Source of the DNA: Octopus bimaculoides
Lineage: Eukaryota
Reading direction: 5' to 3'
NCBI RefSeq assembly: GCF_001194135.2
Contig: NC_069003.1
Location: 36,789,590-36,825,953 of the forward strand
Length of the DNA stretch: 36,364 nucleotides
Part shown: positions 1-11,432 of the stretch, in pieces
How the letters are laid out: each line of letters opens with the position of its first letter
Position numbering within the stretch: the stretch's first letter is position 1
The notes under the pieces: generated by a model
Database searches by the model: none
The model's input: only the letters and a program-made list of their open reading frames with translations
Told to the model about the DNA's origin: nothing
Made by a program: the position numbers and the translations under genes

Positions 1-98
1 CCCCCCCCCCCATAAATGTAACAACACTATTGACCCGAGTCGCATTCTTTTTCAATTTTTTTTTCTATTCATTATGCATACACCCATGCACACAGTTC

Positions 99-136
<38 letters not shown>

Positions 137-1037
137 AGCGACCGACATTTTTTTCCTTGATATTGACCCGAATTACTATTTACATGCGCAATCAGCGCCC
201 TCCGCCTCCTCCCCCATTGCCACACACACACACATGCGTGTATATATATACATATACATACATACGCGTGTGTGTGTGTGTATATGTACATGTGTCCACA
301 CACACCGCACACTTTAAAGCAGTCCCCCCCCCCGCCTTGCCTCTTGCTTCTCTGCATTATCTCTATCGGCATATTTCTGCTATTGATCCGAGTTACTGTT
401 TACACACGCACACACACACACACACACACATTTGTGTGTGTGTGTGTGTGTGTGTACATCAGTGTAAACAAGGGAAAAAGTACTCGATAGTAAGAGTAGC
501 AATATAGAACAGAGCGATGCAATATTATTGGAAGGTGAAACTTTGCTACCCTAAAATCATTACCGTTTCCCTTTGGCAGGGAGTTCACACACACACACAC
601 NNNNNNNNNNNNNNNNNNNNNNNNNNNNNNNNNNNNNNNNNNNNNNNNNNNNNNNNNNNNNNNNNNNNNNNNNNNNNNNNNNNNNNNNNNNNNNNNNNNN
701 NNNNNNNNNNNNNNNNNNNNNNNNNNNNNNNNNNNNNNNNNNNNNNNNNNNNNNNNNNNNNNNNNNNNNNNNNNNNNNNNNNNNNNNNNNNNNNNNNNNN
801 NNNNNNNNNNNNNNNNNNNNNNNNNNNNNNNNNNNNNNNNNNNNNNNNNNNNNNNNNNNNNNNNNNNNNNNNNNNNNNNNNNNNNNNNNNNNNNNNNNNN
901 NNNNNNNNNNNNNNNNNNNNNNNNNNNNNNNNNNNNNNNNNNNNNNNNNNNNNNNNNNNNNNNNNNNNNNNNNNNNNNNNNNNNNNNNNNNNNNNNNNNN
1001 NNNNNNNNNNNNNNNNNNNNNNNNNNNNNNNNNNNNN

Positions 1038-1204
1038 GGATAAAGCCTGAGAGTGGAGGTTGGATGGCGAGAAGAATGAAGGTGTGGTGATTGAGGGAAT
1101 TGAATTAGGGACGAAGGAAGCATGCGTGAATGAAAAGGCAAGTATGAAATGTGATGAAATAAAATTGCGATGTATGAATGAAAGCGATGAATGAATGATT
1201 TTGG

Positions 1205-1236
<32 letters not shown>

Positions 1237-1455
1237 CAGTTATAGAAGTTATGAAAGAGAATAAATAACGAGTGGATGGGTGGCTGTATAAATAAATGTG
1301 GTAAGGATGGGTGGATAACTGGGTGATTGGACAGGTAGACGAATAGGTAGATGGGTGGCTAGATGAATGAATGAATGAATGGATGGATGGATAGGTAGAT
1401 AAATGGCTAAGTAGATAAGTAGAGACACATAGATGGGTAGGTAGACGGATGGATG

Positions 1456-1486
<31 letters not shown>

Positions 1487-1760
1487 GTAAATGGGTAGAT
1501 AGAGAGATGGATAGAGGGATAGGTAAGTAGGTAGGTAGGTGGAAAGAGAAAGAGGTAGATAGATTAGGTAGGTAGGTAGATGGATAGGTAAGTAGGCAGA
1601 TGGATAGATAGGTAGGTAGGTAAAGAGAAAGAAAGGTAGATAGATGGGTTGGAAGATAGGTAGAGGTAGATGGATAGATCGATAAAGTAGATAGGTAGGT
1701 AGACAGATAGGTAAATGGATAGATGGGCAAATAATGTAGGAGAAAGACAACGTAAATACA
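1038..1760. repeat. Purine-rich compound tetranucleotide microsatellite (GAAT/GGAT/TAGG/GATA, GA)
   Basis: Direct reading; strong purine/pyrimidine strand asymmetry. Confidence 0.9.
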
Positions 1761-2860
1761 TAAAAATGTGTGTGTGTGTGTTTATAAGGTGTGGCTACAC
1801 AGGTATGATATTGTAGCTTTGGGGAAACATTCGGTTAGTTGGGCGAATTGATGTAGATTCGGTTTATAAATATAAATGGTTAGATTTCTATAGAAAGTAA
1901 TTTTTGACAAGCGGAAAGAAAGAAAAGAGTGAAAAGTCAGGAATGAATGCCTCGAAGTAGAGAAAGAGTGATGTTATTTTGTTGGTTTCGAGGAATGAAA
2001 GAGAGAAAGCCGAACTGTGACAAAGGAGAGATTCTTGAGAGAATGCGAATGGCAGAACATAAACAAGGATGGAACTGTGACAAGAATATTGCGAAAGGAT
2101 GAGGAGACATGTAATAATGGGAAGGAAAAACGAACGACAGAAAGATTGATTAAGAGTTAACCGAAAATAGTGAAGGAAATTTAAAGAAGGAAATCAAGAA
2201 GAAAAATTGTTCAAACGATTTGTTAAAAAACTGTAACCGAATGAAGTTGATTCTAAAGTAAACCCGAACGAACGAACGATGGAATGAAACTTCAACGATT
2301 GAGTAAATTGTAACGAATGATAAAGAAAAGAAAATGATTTTTGTGAAACGAAAGAAAGAAAGAAGGAATGGGGTCGAATGAAGAAATATTTGTGTCGAGT
2401 GATGAAGAAAACGCAAGGTAATGGTTTTTTTGAGATGATTGAATGAATGAAGGAAACGAAAAATTATTTGATTGATGAAAGAAGGAGAATTAAATGAAAG
2501 AATCGAATGAAAATTGATTGAAAAACGAAGGAAAAAAAAGAATTTGTTGTTTTTACAGCAAAAAATTGTTACAAAACAAGAAAATGTTAAAAAAAAAGAA
2601 AGAATTACGAAAGAGAAGAGAAAAAGGCATAATTAAAGAAACTAGAATTTTAAAAAATAGAGAAATTCTTTTAATGTTTAGAAAAAACGGCGATGAAAGG
2701 AAAGAAAAACGATAAGTGGGTAATAAGTGTGTGGAAGGAAAGAAAAGAAGAAAATAATTGATGGGGATGCTGGTGGTGATGATGAATTAATGAAGGAGGA
2801 GGAGGAGGGGGAAGGTGGTGATAGTAGCAGTAGCGGAGGAGGCGAACTAGAAAAAACACA

Positions 2861-2871
2861 AATCTAGGTCA
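2861..2871 (+). promoter_or_regulatory. ROR/REV-ERB response element (RORE)
   Basis: AATCTAGGTCA is a perfect WAWNTRGGTCA. Confidence 0.4.
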
Positions 2872-2994
2872 CATGGAAGTGTACCAACAATAAGGGGATG
2901 GACAACAATTGCATCATCACAATTATCAACATCATCATCATCATCACCACCACCACTATTACCAGCAGCAGCATGTAGGAATAACGGTGGCTGT

Positions 2995-3360
2995 ATGTGG
3001 ACGCTCGATATGGTAGAAACAACAGCCAAATATCGCTGGTCGCACTTCTTTCTCAACCGTCCATTTATATAGAAAGGAAGGGACTCGTTGCCGAATAAAA
3101 TTCCTGGGGTACAAAAATGTTAAAATAAATGGAATAAATAAATAATATTGGACGGTCGTGGCTGGAACGGGGCTTTTTTTTTTATTTAAAATTTACTATC
3201 AGTGCTTTGACCTGGGGTTAATTAACAGCTAATTACAAAGGAAGGACACATTAGATTTTTTCATTTGAGGTAAAAGGAAAATAAAACTCTATGCAAACGG
3301 GAGGGTCACGACTGGAGCGTACTCGATTAGGGCTGACCTTGCCTTAAACCAACAACAACA
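2995..3360 (+). repeat. Dispersed repeat family C (~200-250 bp, no tRNA head): one full and one partial copy in tandem
   Basis: Head TAGAAACAACAGCCAAAT, core GGTCGTGGCTGGAAC...TGACCTGGGGTTAA; the second copy ends CTCGATTAGGGCTGACCTTGCCTTAAACC(AAC)n. Confidence 0.6.
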
Positions 3361-4001
3361 GCATCAACAACTCAATCACTGAACATCATCATCATCATCA
3401 TGTTCGACATCATCATCATCATCATCATCATCACAGTCAGCAGCAGCATCTTAAGTACTTTCTTTTCGTCTTCTTTTTTCGTGTTTTCCTTTTTTTCTCC
3501 CTCGTTATGTACGTTCTCATTGTGCGTGTGTATATATGTATATATATGAATATATATCTATGTATGCATGTGTATGTGTGTATGCATGAGTGTTTGCATG
3601 TATGTACACATTATCGTATATGTATGTTTGCACGTATGTATATATGTGTGTGTGTATTTGTCACTAATAGTGACAAGTCTCCTTTGTTGAGTCAAGGCAG
3701 TTCCAGGGTTTAGGGTGTGTGTGTGTGTGTGCGTGTGTGTGTGTGTGTGTGGGTCTATGTATGTATAATGAATGGATGTATATATCTGTACATACACACT
3801 CTACTCGCGGATATATAATTTCTCATGCACCAAGGGGCCCCGATTACATTTTAATGTGTCTATACTCTCTCTCTCTATATACACACACACACACACACAC
3901 ATATATAGTGTGTTAGGTTGTTTGTCCCCCACCCCACCCTTTTCATCCGTTTCTTCCTCTTTCTACTGAAATCTAACAAGGGAAAGAGGGGAGCCGGCCC
4001 C

Positions 4002-4265
4002 CACGTGGTCGCTGGACCTTCTAGAAATAGCAACACTATCTCCCTCTTATCACGCCCCCCCCCCATCCCATCCCATTATTATTTTTTTATTATGAAGGCC
4101 ACGTTAGACACTATAATTCGTCTCTGCATTAATTTACATGATGGCATTACTTGGCATGGTCATGGCTGGAACGTCTTGCTCGATCAACAGTTAAATACTA
4201 TCGAGTCTCAACAACAACCCGATAGAAGAGGCTCCATGTGCTAGAAATAGCTGCCAAATCAACCA
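4002..4265 (+). repeat. Family C copy plus the head of a second copy
   Basis: CACGTGGTCGCTGGACCTTCTAGAAATAGC...GTCATGGCTGGAACGTCTT; the 19-mer at 4159-4177 is identical to 10004-10022. Second head CTAGAAATAGCTGCCAAATC at 4241. Confidence 0.7.
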
Positions 4266-4419
4266 ACATACTCTGCACTTTATGCGGAAGTATAAGGGAC
4301 ATGAAGAACATGGTTGTGGGTCTTCAGTGCAACAAATGGGGTGGTCACCGTTGGAATATCTTAAGGTCTCTTCGATTAGGGGCTAAAAAACGACAACGAC
4401 GACGATTACAATGTTTATT

Positions 4420-4558
4420 CTGAGTCGTTGGTGCGTCGAACAAAATAGAGTGCGATATTTGGTAATGCGTCTTCGCGTTCCGAGTTCAAATCCCACCGCG
4501 GTTGACCTTGCCCTTCATCCTCCCGAAGTCGATAAAATAAAGTAGCAGTTGAGTCCGT
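4420..4558 (+). mobile_element. tRNA-derived SINE, family A (truncated by gap)
   Basis: B-box GTTCAAATCC at 4484-4493, then GTTGACCTTGCCCTTCATCC...GATAAAATAAAGTAGCAGTTGAG, which aligns to the copies at 7983, 8357 and 30535. Confidence 0.75.
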
Positions 4559-5977
4559 NNNNNNNNNNNNNNNNNNNNNNNNNNNNNNNNNNNNNNNNNN
4601 NNNNNNNNNNNNNNNNNNNNNNNNNNNNNNNNNNNNNNNNNNNNNNNNNNNNNNNNNNNNNNNNNNNNNNNNNNNNNNNNNNNNNNNNNNNNNNNNNNNN
4701 NNNNNNNNNNNNNNNNNNNNNNNNNNNNNNNNNNNNNNNNNNNNNNNNNNNNNNNNNNNNNNNNNNNNNNNNNNNNNNNNNNNNNNNNNNNNNNNNNNNN
4801 NNNNNNNNNNNNNNNNNNNNNNNNNNNNNNNNNNNNNNNNNNNNNNNNNNNNNNNNNNNNNNNNNNNNNNNNNNNNNNNNNNNNNNNNNNNNNNNNNNNN
4901 NNNNNNNNNNNNNNNNNNNNNNNNNNNNNNNNNNNNNNNNNNNNNNNNNNNNNNNNNNNNNNNNNNNNNNNNNNNNNNNNNNNNNNNNNNNNNNNNNNNN
5001 NNNNNNNNNNNNNNNNNNNNNNNNNNNNNNNNNNNNNNNNNNNNNNNNNNNNNNNNNNNNNNNNNNNNNNNNNNNNNNNNNNNNNNNNNNNNNNNNNNNN
5101 NNNNNNNNNNNNNNNNNNNNNNNNNNNNNNNNNNNNNNNNNNNNNNNNNNNNNNNNNNNNNNNNNNNNNNNNNNNNNNNNNNNNNNNNNNNNNNNNNNNN
5201 NNNNNNNNNNNNNNNNNNNNNNNNNNNNNNNNNNNNNNNNNNNNNNNNNNNNNNNNNNNNNNNNNNNNNNNNNNNNNTCCCCCTAAACTCCATATTTACC
5301 AAAAATAAAACAAAAAAACAACATATGAATAATACAAAACTTGCCGCCCTTTTTTTTGTCTCCCTGTCATGCTTTTCCTCCCGCTGGTGTTGTCAGGCCC
5401 TGATCCAGCAGGGCCTTAAAAAAACCAAAGATATTCTACACTTCACGGAGGAAGGGGACATTTAGCTGCTATTTCTTGCCGTTCGCGCTACCACATAGAG
5501 AGACTTTTACCATTGATTCGTTGGAAAAACGTTGTTGTTGTTGTTGTTGTTGTTGTTGTCGCTTCTGTTCTCGATGCAGTTTCTGATGATGATGATGATG
5601 ATGATGATTGTTAAAACATTGATTTTTCTATTCGTCCTTCGTTCTACTTTCATCTTACCATTATCATTATTCTTCTTCTTCCAATCATTACCACCACCAC
5701 CACCAATACTACTACTACTACCTTTGTCGCTCTCCTCGCACCAATCCTCTTCACTCCTACCTCTCTTGTACTATTAACTTTCCCTCATGCTTTTCACTCT
5801 CTCCCTCCCTCCCTCCTTCTCCAAACATGATTATTCTATCGTCCACTCTACACTTGCACTCGCGCACGCAACCATACCTGCACACACACACACACACACA
5901 CACAATGGTGTCTACACACCACTTTGAACACTTCTACGTCACTCAACGCTTCTCAACTTTTCGCTATTGGTTCTACG

Positions 5978-6015
<38 letters not shown>

Positions 6016-6084
6016 ACATATATTTGTATACACACACACGATTCAGGCTGACGAATTCATTGTTTTATTATTTCTATATTTTTA

Positions 6085-6086
<2 letters not shown>

Positions 6087-6181
<95 letters not shown>
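6087..6181. repeat. (CT)n microsatellite
   Basis: Direct reading. Confidence 0.95.
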
Positions 6182-6183
<2 letters not shown>

Positions 6184-7135
6184 ACACAGTTCTGCTCCGA
6201 GGTACATCTCCCAAATGCTCTGCGATGCATCATCAGTGTGGCTGCTAGGGTTTCAAGAGGTTTCGGCTCTCTTAACACCAGACCGCCTTTTTCACTTCAT
6301 ACAGTGTGTGTGTGTTTGTGTGTACACAATTTGAGGTTTATGATTATTTTTGTTTATTTGTATTGTCAGTTTATTTGTATTGGCAAATCTTGTCAACTCA
6401 ATCGAATTTCGATACAATCGATGAGTTTAGATTATTCCCTTTGTTCCGTTTTGCTTTGGTAACATAAATAAATTACATTCTTCGACCTGTAATGTTCCCT
6501 ATCCTTTCTCTATTTGTCAAATGTCTACTAAATCCAATTTCAAACGTCAACGCTATGCTGATGACGGCTATTGAAGTAGAAACATGAACCCAAAGTTGTC
6601 TTACCTTTCCTCCTAGCAACATAAACTCATGTAGAAATGTTGCTTTAAAATTATCTCCCCTTGACATTCAGTATTATTAACAATCAACCGTTTACCTCTG
6701 TCCGATCAAGAAATTTTAGAGGGATTCGAGCAAACAAAATCATGTGTGTGTGTGTGTGTGGTTCAATACACATAAGCTTTATATATGCGTTAAGTTACAT
6801 GCTCAGATTGTACAATAATCGAACCGGCTTGTATAGCGTACCGTGTCTTATTCTGCAATCACTGGGGCTCATCTATCTATATACATATGTGTGTGTGTGT
6901 GTGTGTGTGTGTGATATGAGGCTGACGTCATAAGAATTGATAAACTTTCGGGTGAATCGTGATATAATTCTCTCTCTGGTCTTTTCGGTGAACTTCGACA
7001 TTTTCTATCCAAAAGAGATTTCAACGCAATGATTTACAGGGTATTTATAACTTTATGCATGCTTCGAGATCCAGTATTCCAAAAACGAACTTGTATATAT
7101 TATAATCATATTATGAACATCTGTATATGTGTGTG

Positions 7136-7169
<34 letters not shown>

Positions 7170-7365
7170 TACACACTCCGCTGTAGACTTGCTATCTGTG
7201 TTGAGAGTTTAGAAAGCACCGAAGGCAACAGAGAGCGAGAAGGGTGGATGCACCCTAATGTCATTCTAGTTATAAATAGAATCGCTGAATAAATATACCA
7301 AAACTCACACGCACACGCACACGTACCGCATCACCTACCAGGAAATAGATTTGTTTCGTTAAAGG

Positions 7366-7384
7366 TGACCCAGTGACCTAAAGA
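7366..7384 (-). promoter_or_regulatory. RevDR2-type element
   Basis: Reverse complement TCTTT-AGGTCA-CT-GGGTCA: direct repeat with the CT spacer preferred by REV-ERB dimers. Confidence 0.45.
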
Positions 7385-7982
7385 GAGAGAATTCGGCACG
7401 TAACCGTCGCCGCCGCCGCAGCCGCAGCTGCTACCCCACCACCACCACCACCACCACTATTACTAGGACTGCTACTATCTCTGCTGCTGCTGCTGCTTGT
7501 TCTATTATTGTTGTGTAGCGGAAGTGTGTGCTGTTTGCATCAGGAGTGGAGACGGCGGGGAGGGAGGAGGGTAAGGCGGCGGCGGTGGGAGAATATTGTT
7601 ATTGTTGGTGCTGAGGTTCGGCAAAGGGCGAACCTAGCGTCTTCGGTTTCGATTTCTCTCTTGCATTCGTCTTTATTTACTCTTATTGTTGTTAGTAATG
7701 TTGTTGTTTGTTCGACGCACCATCAGTGAAATCGATTCCATCTTATTCTGTCCTGCATTTTCGTTGTTTTTATACAGTAATGGTTGAAATCAATTTGGAA
7801 ATGCATGAGTGTCACTACACCTTTCATTTATCTCTCTTCTCTCATCTTCGCATCTCCCCCCCCCAAAAAAAACTCCGCATTCTTCCACCTCCATTAGTGC
7901 TAATTAAGAGATGGTATGGCGATATCGTAATTAGGAAAGGTATGAATAATAACCATCATCATCATCATCACTAGCAGCAGCA

Positions 7983-8352
7983 GGGCGGTTGATTGGCAGA
8001 ATCGTTAGACTCGGAAAAAATGCCTCCCAGCATTTGGTCCGGCACTTAACGTTTTTGCGTTCAAATCCCCATTGAGATCAACCTCGCCTTTCGGCCCTTC
8101 GAGGCACGAGCGTAGCTAGAGTGTGTGCCACCCGAGGCGGCCCTTCCGTTTGCCTCTCCAGGACCCCACAAAAATCCACATATTTCCTACAGCAGACCCA
8201 AAAGTATCACCCCTTTTAAAGTGTCGCCCCTACCGGCCCCTAGCTACGCTGGTGCTTCAGGGTTAATAAAATACTTGGGTTTGTGGTAACGACTCCCCCT
8301 CCCCTCAAAATTTCTGGCTTAAAACTGGAAATTATTGTTGTTGTTGTTGTTG
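7983..8352 (+). mobile_element. SINE family A, interrupted by a MITE, with (TTG)n tail
   Basis: Head GGGCGGTTGATTGGCAGAATCGTTAG, B-box GTTCAAATCC at 8059-8068; the body resumes after 8254 (GGGTTAATAAAATAC...CCCCTCCCCTCAAAATTTCTGGC). Confidence 0.75.
8105..8254. mobile_element. 150-bp MITE with hAT-like 8-bp target-site duplication, nested in a SINE
   Basis: Terminal inverted repeats CACGAGCGTAGCTAG (8105-8119) and CTAGCTACGCTGGTG (8240-8254) match 14/15. Flanks CTTCGAGG (8097-8104) and CTTCAGGG (8255-8262) are each one change from CTTCGGGG. Confidence 0.75.
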
Positions 8353-8356
8353 CTGT

Positions 8357-8606
8357 TAAGACAGCCAGCTATCAGAATTGTTAGCGTGCCGGAGAAAATG
8401 CTTAGCAGTATTTCCTCCGACTTTTTTATGTTCCGAGTTCAAATTCGGCCGGTATTGACTTTACCTGTCATCTTTTTGCGGGTTGCAGGGGGTGGGGTGA
8501 TAAAATAAAGGACCAGTTGAACATTGCAATCGATCTAATCAACGTCAAACCCTCTCCCCCTCACCTTTGGGCTAAAACTTGACAGAATCACTTTTATTGT
8601 TGTTAT
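8357..8606 (+). mobile_element. SINE family A, head-to-tail with the previous copy
   Basis: Head TAAGACAGCCAGCTATCAGAATTGTTAGCGTGCCGG, B-box GTTCAAATTC at 8437-8446, GATAAAATAAAGGACCAGTTGA...CGATCTAATC. Confidence 0.75.
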
Positions 8607-8629
8607 CTTTCATCTTTCTTGAGATCGAT

Positions 8630-8740
8630 AATATAAAAGTGCACCGAAGTCAATAGAATCGATTAGTCTCCACCCCACCTCAGAAAAAAAAAATGAAAAA
8701 GAGTTCCCAGGCCTTTTGCCTCTCCACATTAGAAACTTAA
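8630..8740 (+). mobile_element. SINE family A 3' half (degenerate)
   Basis: GCACCGAAGTCAATAGAATCGATTAGTCTCCACCCC...CCCAGGCCTTTTGCC...AGAAA resembles the 3' halves of the copies at 30535 and 30762. Confidence 0.45.
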
Positions 8741-8751
8741 TTATCATAGAT

Positions 8752-8786
8752 CAGGGATGGGCAACCTTTTCGAGAAGCGGGCCACA
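8752..8786 (+). mobile_element. hAT/Charlie-like terminal fragment
   Basis: CAGGGATGGGCAACC....GCGGGCCACA resembles Charlie-type left ends; no matching right end was found. Confidence 0.3.
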
Positions 8787-9308
8787 TCAGACGAACTGCA
8801 CTACTAAAAAAATTTAAAGGTGATTTTTCGCGTCATTCAGAAAGTTCCACCGACTGCTGTCTGCCTTTGACTGACATAGCCTTACCTCTAGGACGTTCCA
8901 ACCGTGACCATTTCTTTTTAAAACTGCAGGTGTGTATGAAGGTGTTTGACTGCTATTTCCAGCATGTAGGGCGACCAGCTGCAAAGACTCAACGTGCCCC
9001 TCAATAACACAGGGTTAGGTTTAGGAGTCACCCTGGTTTGTAATGCCTCAACGCACCTGTCAAAATTCAAGTGACCCTTAAAGGCCCATATCACTTTATT
9101 ATAACTTATCTCCAACTTTTTATGTTGCATCATGTAATTAAATTTACCTGTAAATTTTTGCTTGAAATCATTTCAAATATTAACGACACGGTTTGTGCTT
9201 CGTTGCGAAACGTAAAGATATTTTTAAAAAAGTGAATTTAGTGGTCCAGGGAGTTTTAATTGTAGATTTTGTTCTGCTTCATCGCTCTCTCAGAGGTGTG
9301 TGTGTGTG

Positions 9309-9448
9309 TACGACGGGCTTCCACACAGTCTCTGTCTACTAAATCCCACTCACAAGGCTTTTGTCGGCCTGGGGTGCCGCGCAATGGGACTGAACCGGAA
9401 ATCGCGTGGCTGCAAAGCCAGCTTCTTACCCGCACAGCCGCCGTGCTT
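9309..9448 (-). mobile_element. SINE family B head with an internal ~24-bp deletion of the CORE-like block
   Basis: Aligns to 24492-24637 on both sides (CACAAGGCTTTTGTCGGCC ... GTGCCGCGCAATGGGACTGAACC...GCTTCTTACC) but lacks the AGACACTTGCCCAA segment. Confidence 0.75.
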
Positions 9449-9712
9449 GTGCCGTTACTATTACGACTGCCACTAGCACCATCACCGCTACTACAACTAC
9501 ACTTCTTGCACCACCACCACCACCACCACCATCATTACGCCTCGACTACAGTTACGAACCTGCAACCACCACCACCACTCCTACCACCCAAACTAGAATC
9601 ACCTCTACTACTACTACTACTACTACCTATACCTTCCGATGCCTCTCTACCATAGCCATCACCTATACTACACTACGACTGACACTAACATCGTCACCAC
9701 CACCCTACTATT

Positions 9713-9743
<31 letters not shown>

Positions 9744-9842
9744 TCACTACGCCTCCTCCACTCTCATCCCAACATCTGTCCATTATAATCAACATGGATT
9801 GCTATCGCCACCACCACCACCACCAACCACCACCACCACACA
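9445..9842. repeat. Compound trinucleotide low-complexity tract (ACC/ACT/CAT)
   Basis: Direct reading. Confidence 0.9.
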
Positions 9843-9859
9843 GACGCAGTGTCGAGGTA

Positions 9860-10070
9860 GCTCTACGTGGTTGCTTGACATGCTAGAAAGAGTAGCCAAC
9901 GCTCTCACCATCTCAGCTCATATCCCCTCATCTTCAAACTGGAGCATTGGTTAACGTAAGTCTTATGAGATATGACTGTCTTGAAAAAAAAAATGATGAG
10001 ATAGTCATGGCTGGAACGTCTTTTAAATAATAGTCTGCACACTGTGGCCAGGGGCTAGGATAAGACAACG
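9860..10070 (+). repeat. Family C copy
   Basis: CTACGTGGTTGCTTGACATGCTAGAAAGAGTAGCCAAC...GTCATGGCTGGAACGTCTT...CCAGGGGCTAG. Confidence 0.7.
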
Positions 10071-10560
10071 CTGCAACTACAATACAACAACTACCTCCCA
10101 CCACCACTAAGTCAACTTGCAGCACAACTCACACGTCAAGACATGTTTTTCGTTTTTTTTTATTTTTTACTGTTTTTATTTTGTTTTTTGTTTGTGCTTT
10201 ATGAAGCGAGATCAATGTTTTAAGGTTGACAATGACAAAATCAATTTGATAAGGCTGGTGTGTGTTCTGTAGGTATATATATATATCCAGATGTCTGTCT
10301 AATATATAACAGTATTGTTATACACACACACACATATATATGCTATTGTCACTGTGTATGCATTAATATATTGGTGCGTACACGTGTGCACGCACGCGAA
10401 CGCACACACACGATATAATCCGGACATATGTCGTTGAAAACAATTATCGTCTGATGACTTTTTACCATAAGCTTAGCATGAAACCTTCAATTACGATGTA
10501 TTATCAATAACAGACTATTATACGCGCACACATATTTATCTGTGTGTGTAATGTATGTGT

Positions 10561-10795
10561 GAAGGTGCGTGGCCTATTGGTTAGGCTGTTACACTTACGA
10601 TCGCTGGATCGTCGGTTCGATTCCAAGACAGGGTGGCGTGTTGTGTTCTTGAACAAAACACTTCATTTCACGTTGCTCCACCCCCTTTCAATCAGGAGGG
10701 GGTATGTGAGCCCACTCGCACCCAGCCAGCAGGGGGGCGTCATTGGAAGGCATAAAACTATGCAAAAGCGCATTGTGACCAGCGATGTGTAACAT
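10561..10795 (+). mobile_element. tRNA-derived SINE, family D, with a CORE-like central block
   Basis: A-box TGGCCTATTGG (10570-10580), B-box GGTTCGATTCC (10614-10624), then GTGTTCTTGAACAAAACACTTCATTTCAC, which resembles the CORE-SINE domain. It does not fold into a complete tRNA. Confidence 0.75.
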
Positions 10796-10910
10796 CTGAC
10801 ATATTATGGAGTATTTAAAACGAGAACTGCCAATCTAAGGCTGCAAGTTTTGAGCGTTTTAAAAATTGAGCTCATTTGTTACGTTTTATTTTCTATGAGC
10901 ATGCTTCTGC

Positions 10911-10913
<3 letters not shown>

Positions 10914-10947
<34 letters not shown>

Positions 10948-11011
10948 TCACTCACTCACTCACTCACTCACTCACTCACTCACTCACTCACTCACTCACT
11001 CTCTCTCTCTC
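10914..11011. repeat. (CA)n-(CTCA)n-(CT)n compound microsatellite ending at a gap
   Basis: Direct reading. Confidence 0.95.
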
Positions 11012-11400
11012 NNNNNNNNNNNNNNNNNNNNNNNNNNNNNNNNNNNNNNNNNNNNNNNNNNNNNNNNNNNNNNNNNNNNNNNNNNNNNNNNNNNNNNNNN
11101 NNNNNNNNNNNNNNNNNNNNTTCGTAATTTAATTATACTCTACAGCTGTTTCAATACTATTAAAACATCCTTTATATAATTACATAATTAACCTAAACAG
11201 TTAATCGGTTTAAAAGTGATATATTAGCCATATCTTCAGGAGAAAATGTTTTTTAAAAATGCAATAAAACGTGGAAATCCAGATTCCATTACTGCATTGT
11301 AATAAAGTATTGGAGTTTAATGACGTGTTTATCAATTCTGCTCTTAAATACCATGAATATATTTTATGTTGCTTGTACATTAAACTCATTGTGTGCATCT

Positions 11401-11432
<32 letters not shown>

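Noticed and set aside
3150-3345. Enhancer-like block with TAATTA and nuclear-receptor half-sites
   Set aside because: It aligns to dispersed repeat family C, so the motifs are repeat-derived.
9406-9954. 182-aa Thr/His/Pro-rich ORF
   Set aside because: It starts inside a SINE and runs through trinucleotide repeats; composition is explained by ACC/ACT/CAT slippage.
10561-10630. Possible tRNA gene (A- and B-boxes present)
   Set aside because: No acceptor-stem pairing or T-run terminator, and it continues into a CORE-like SINE body.
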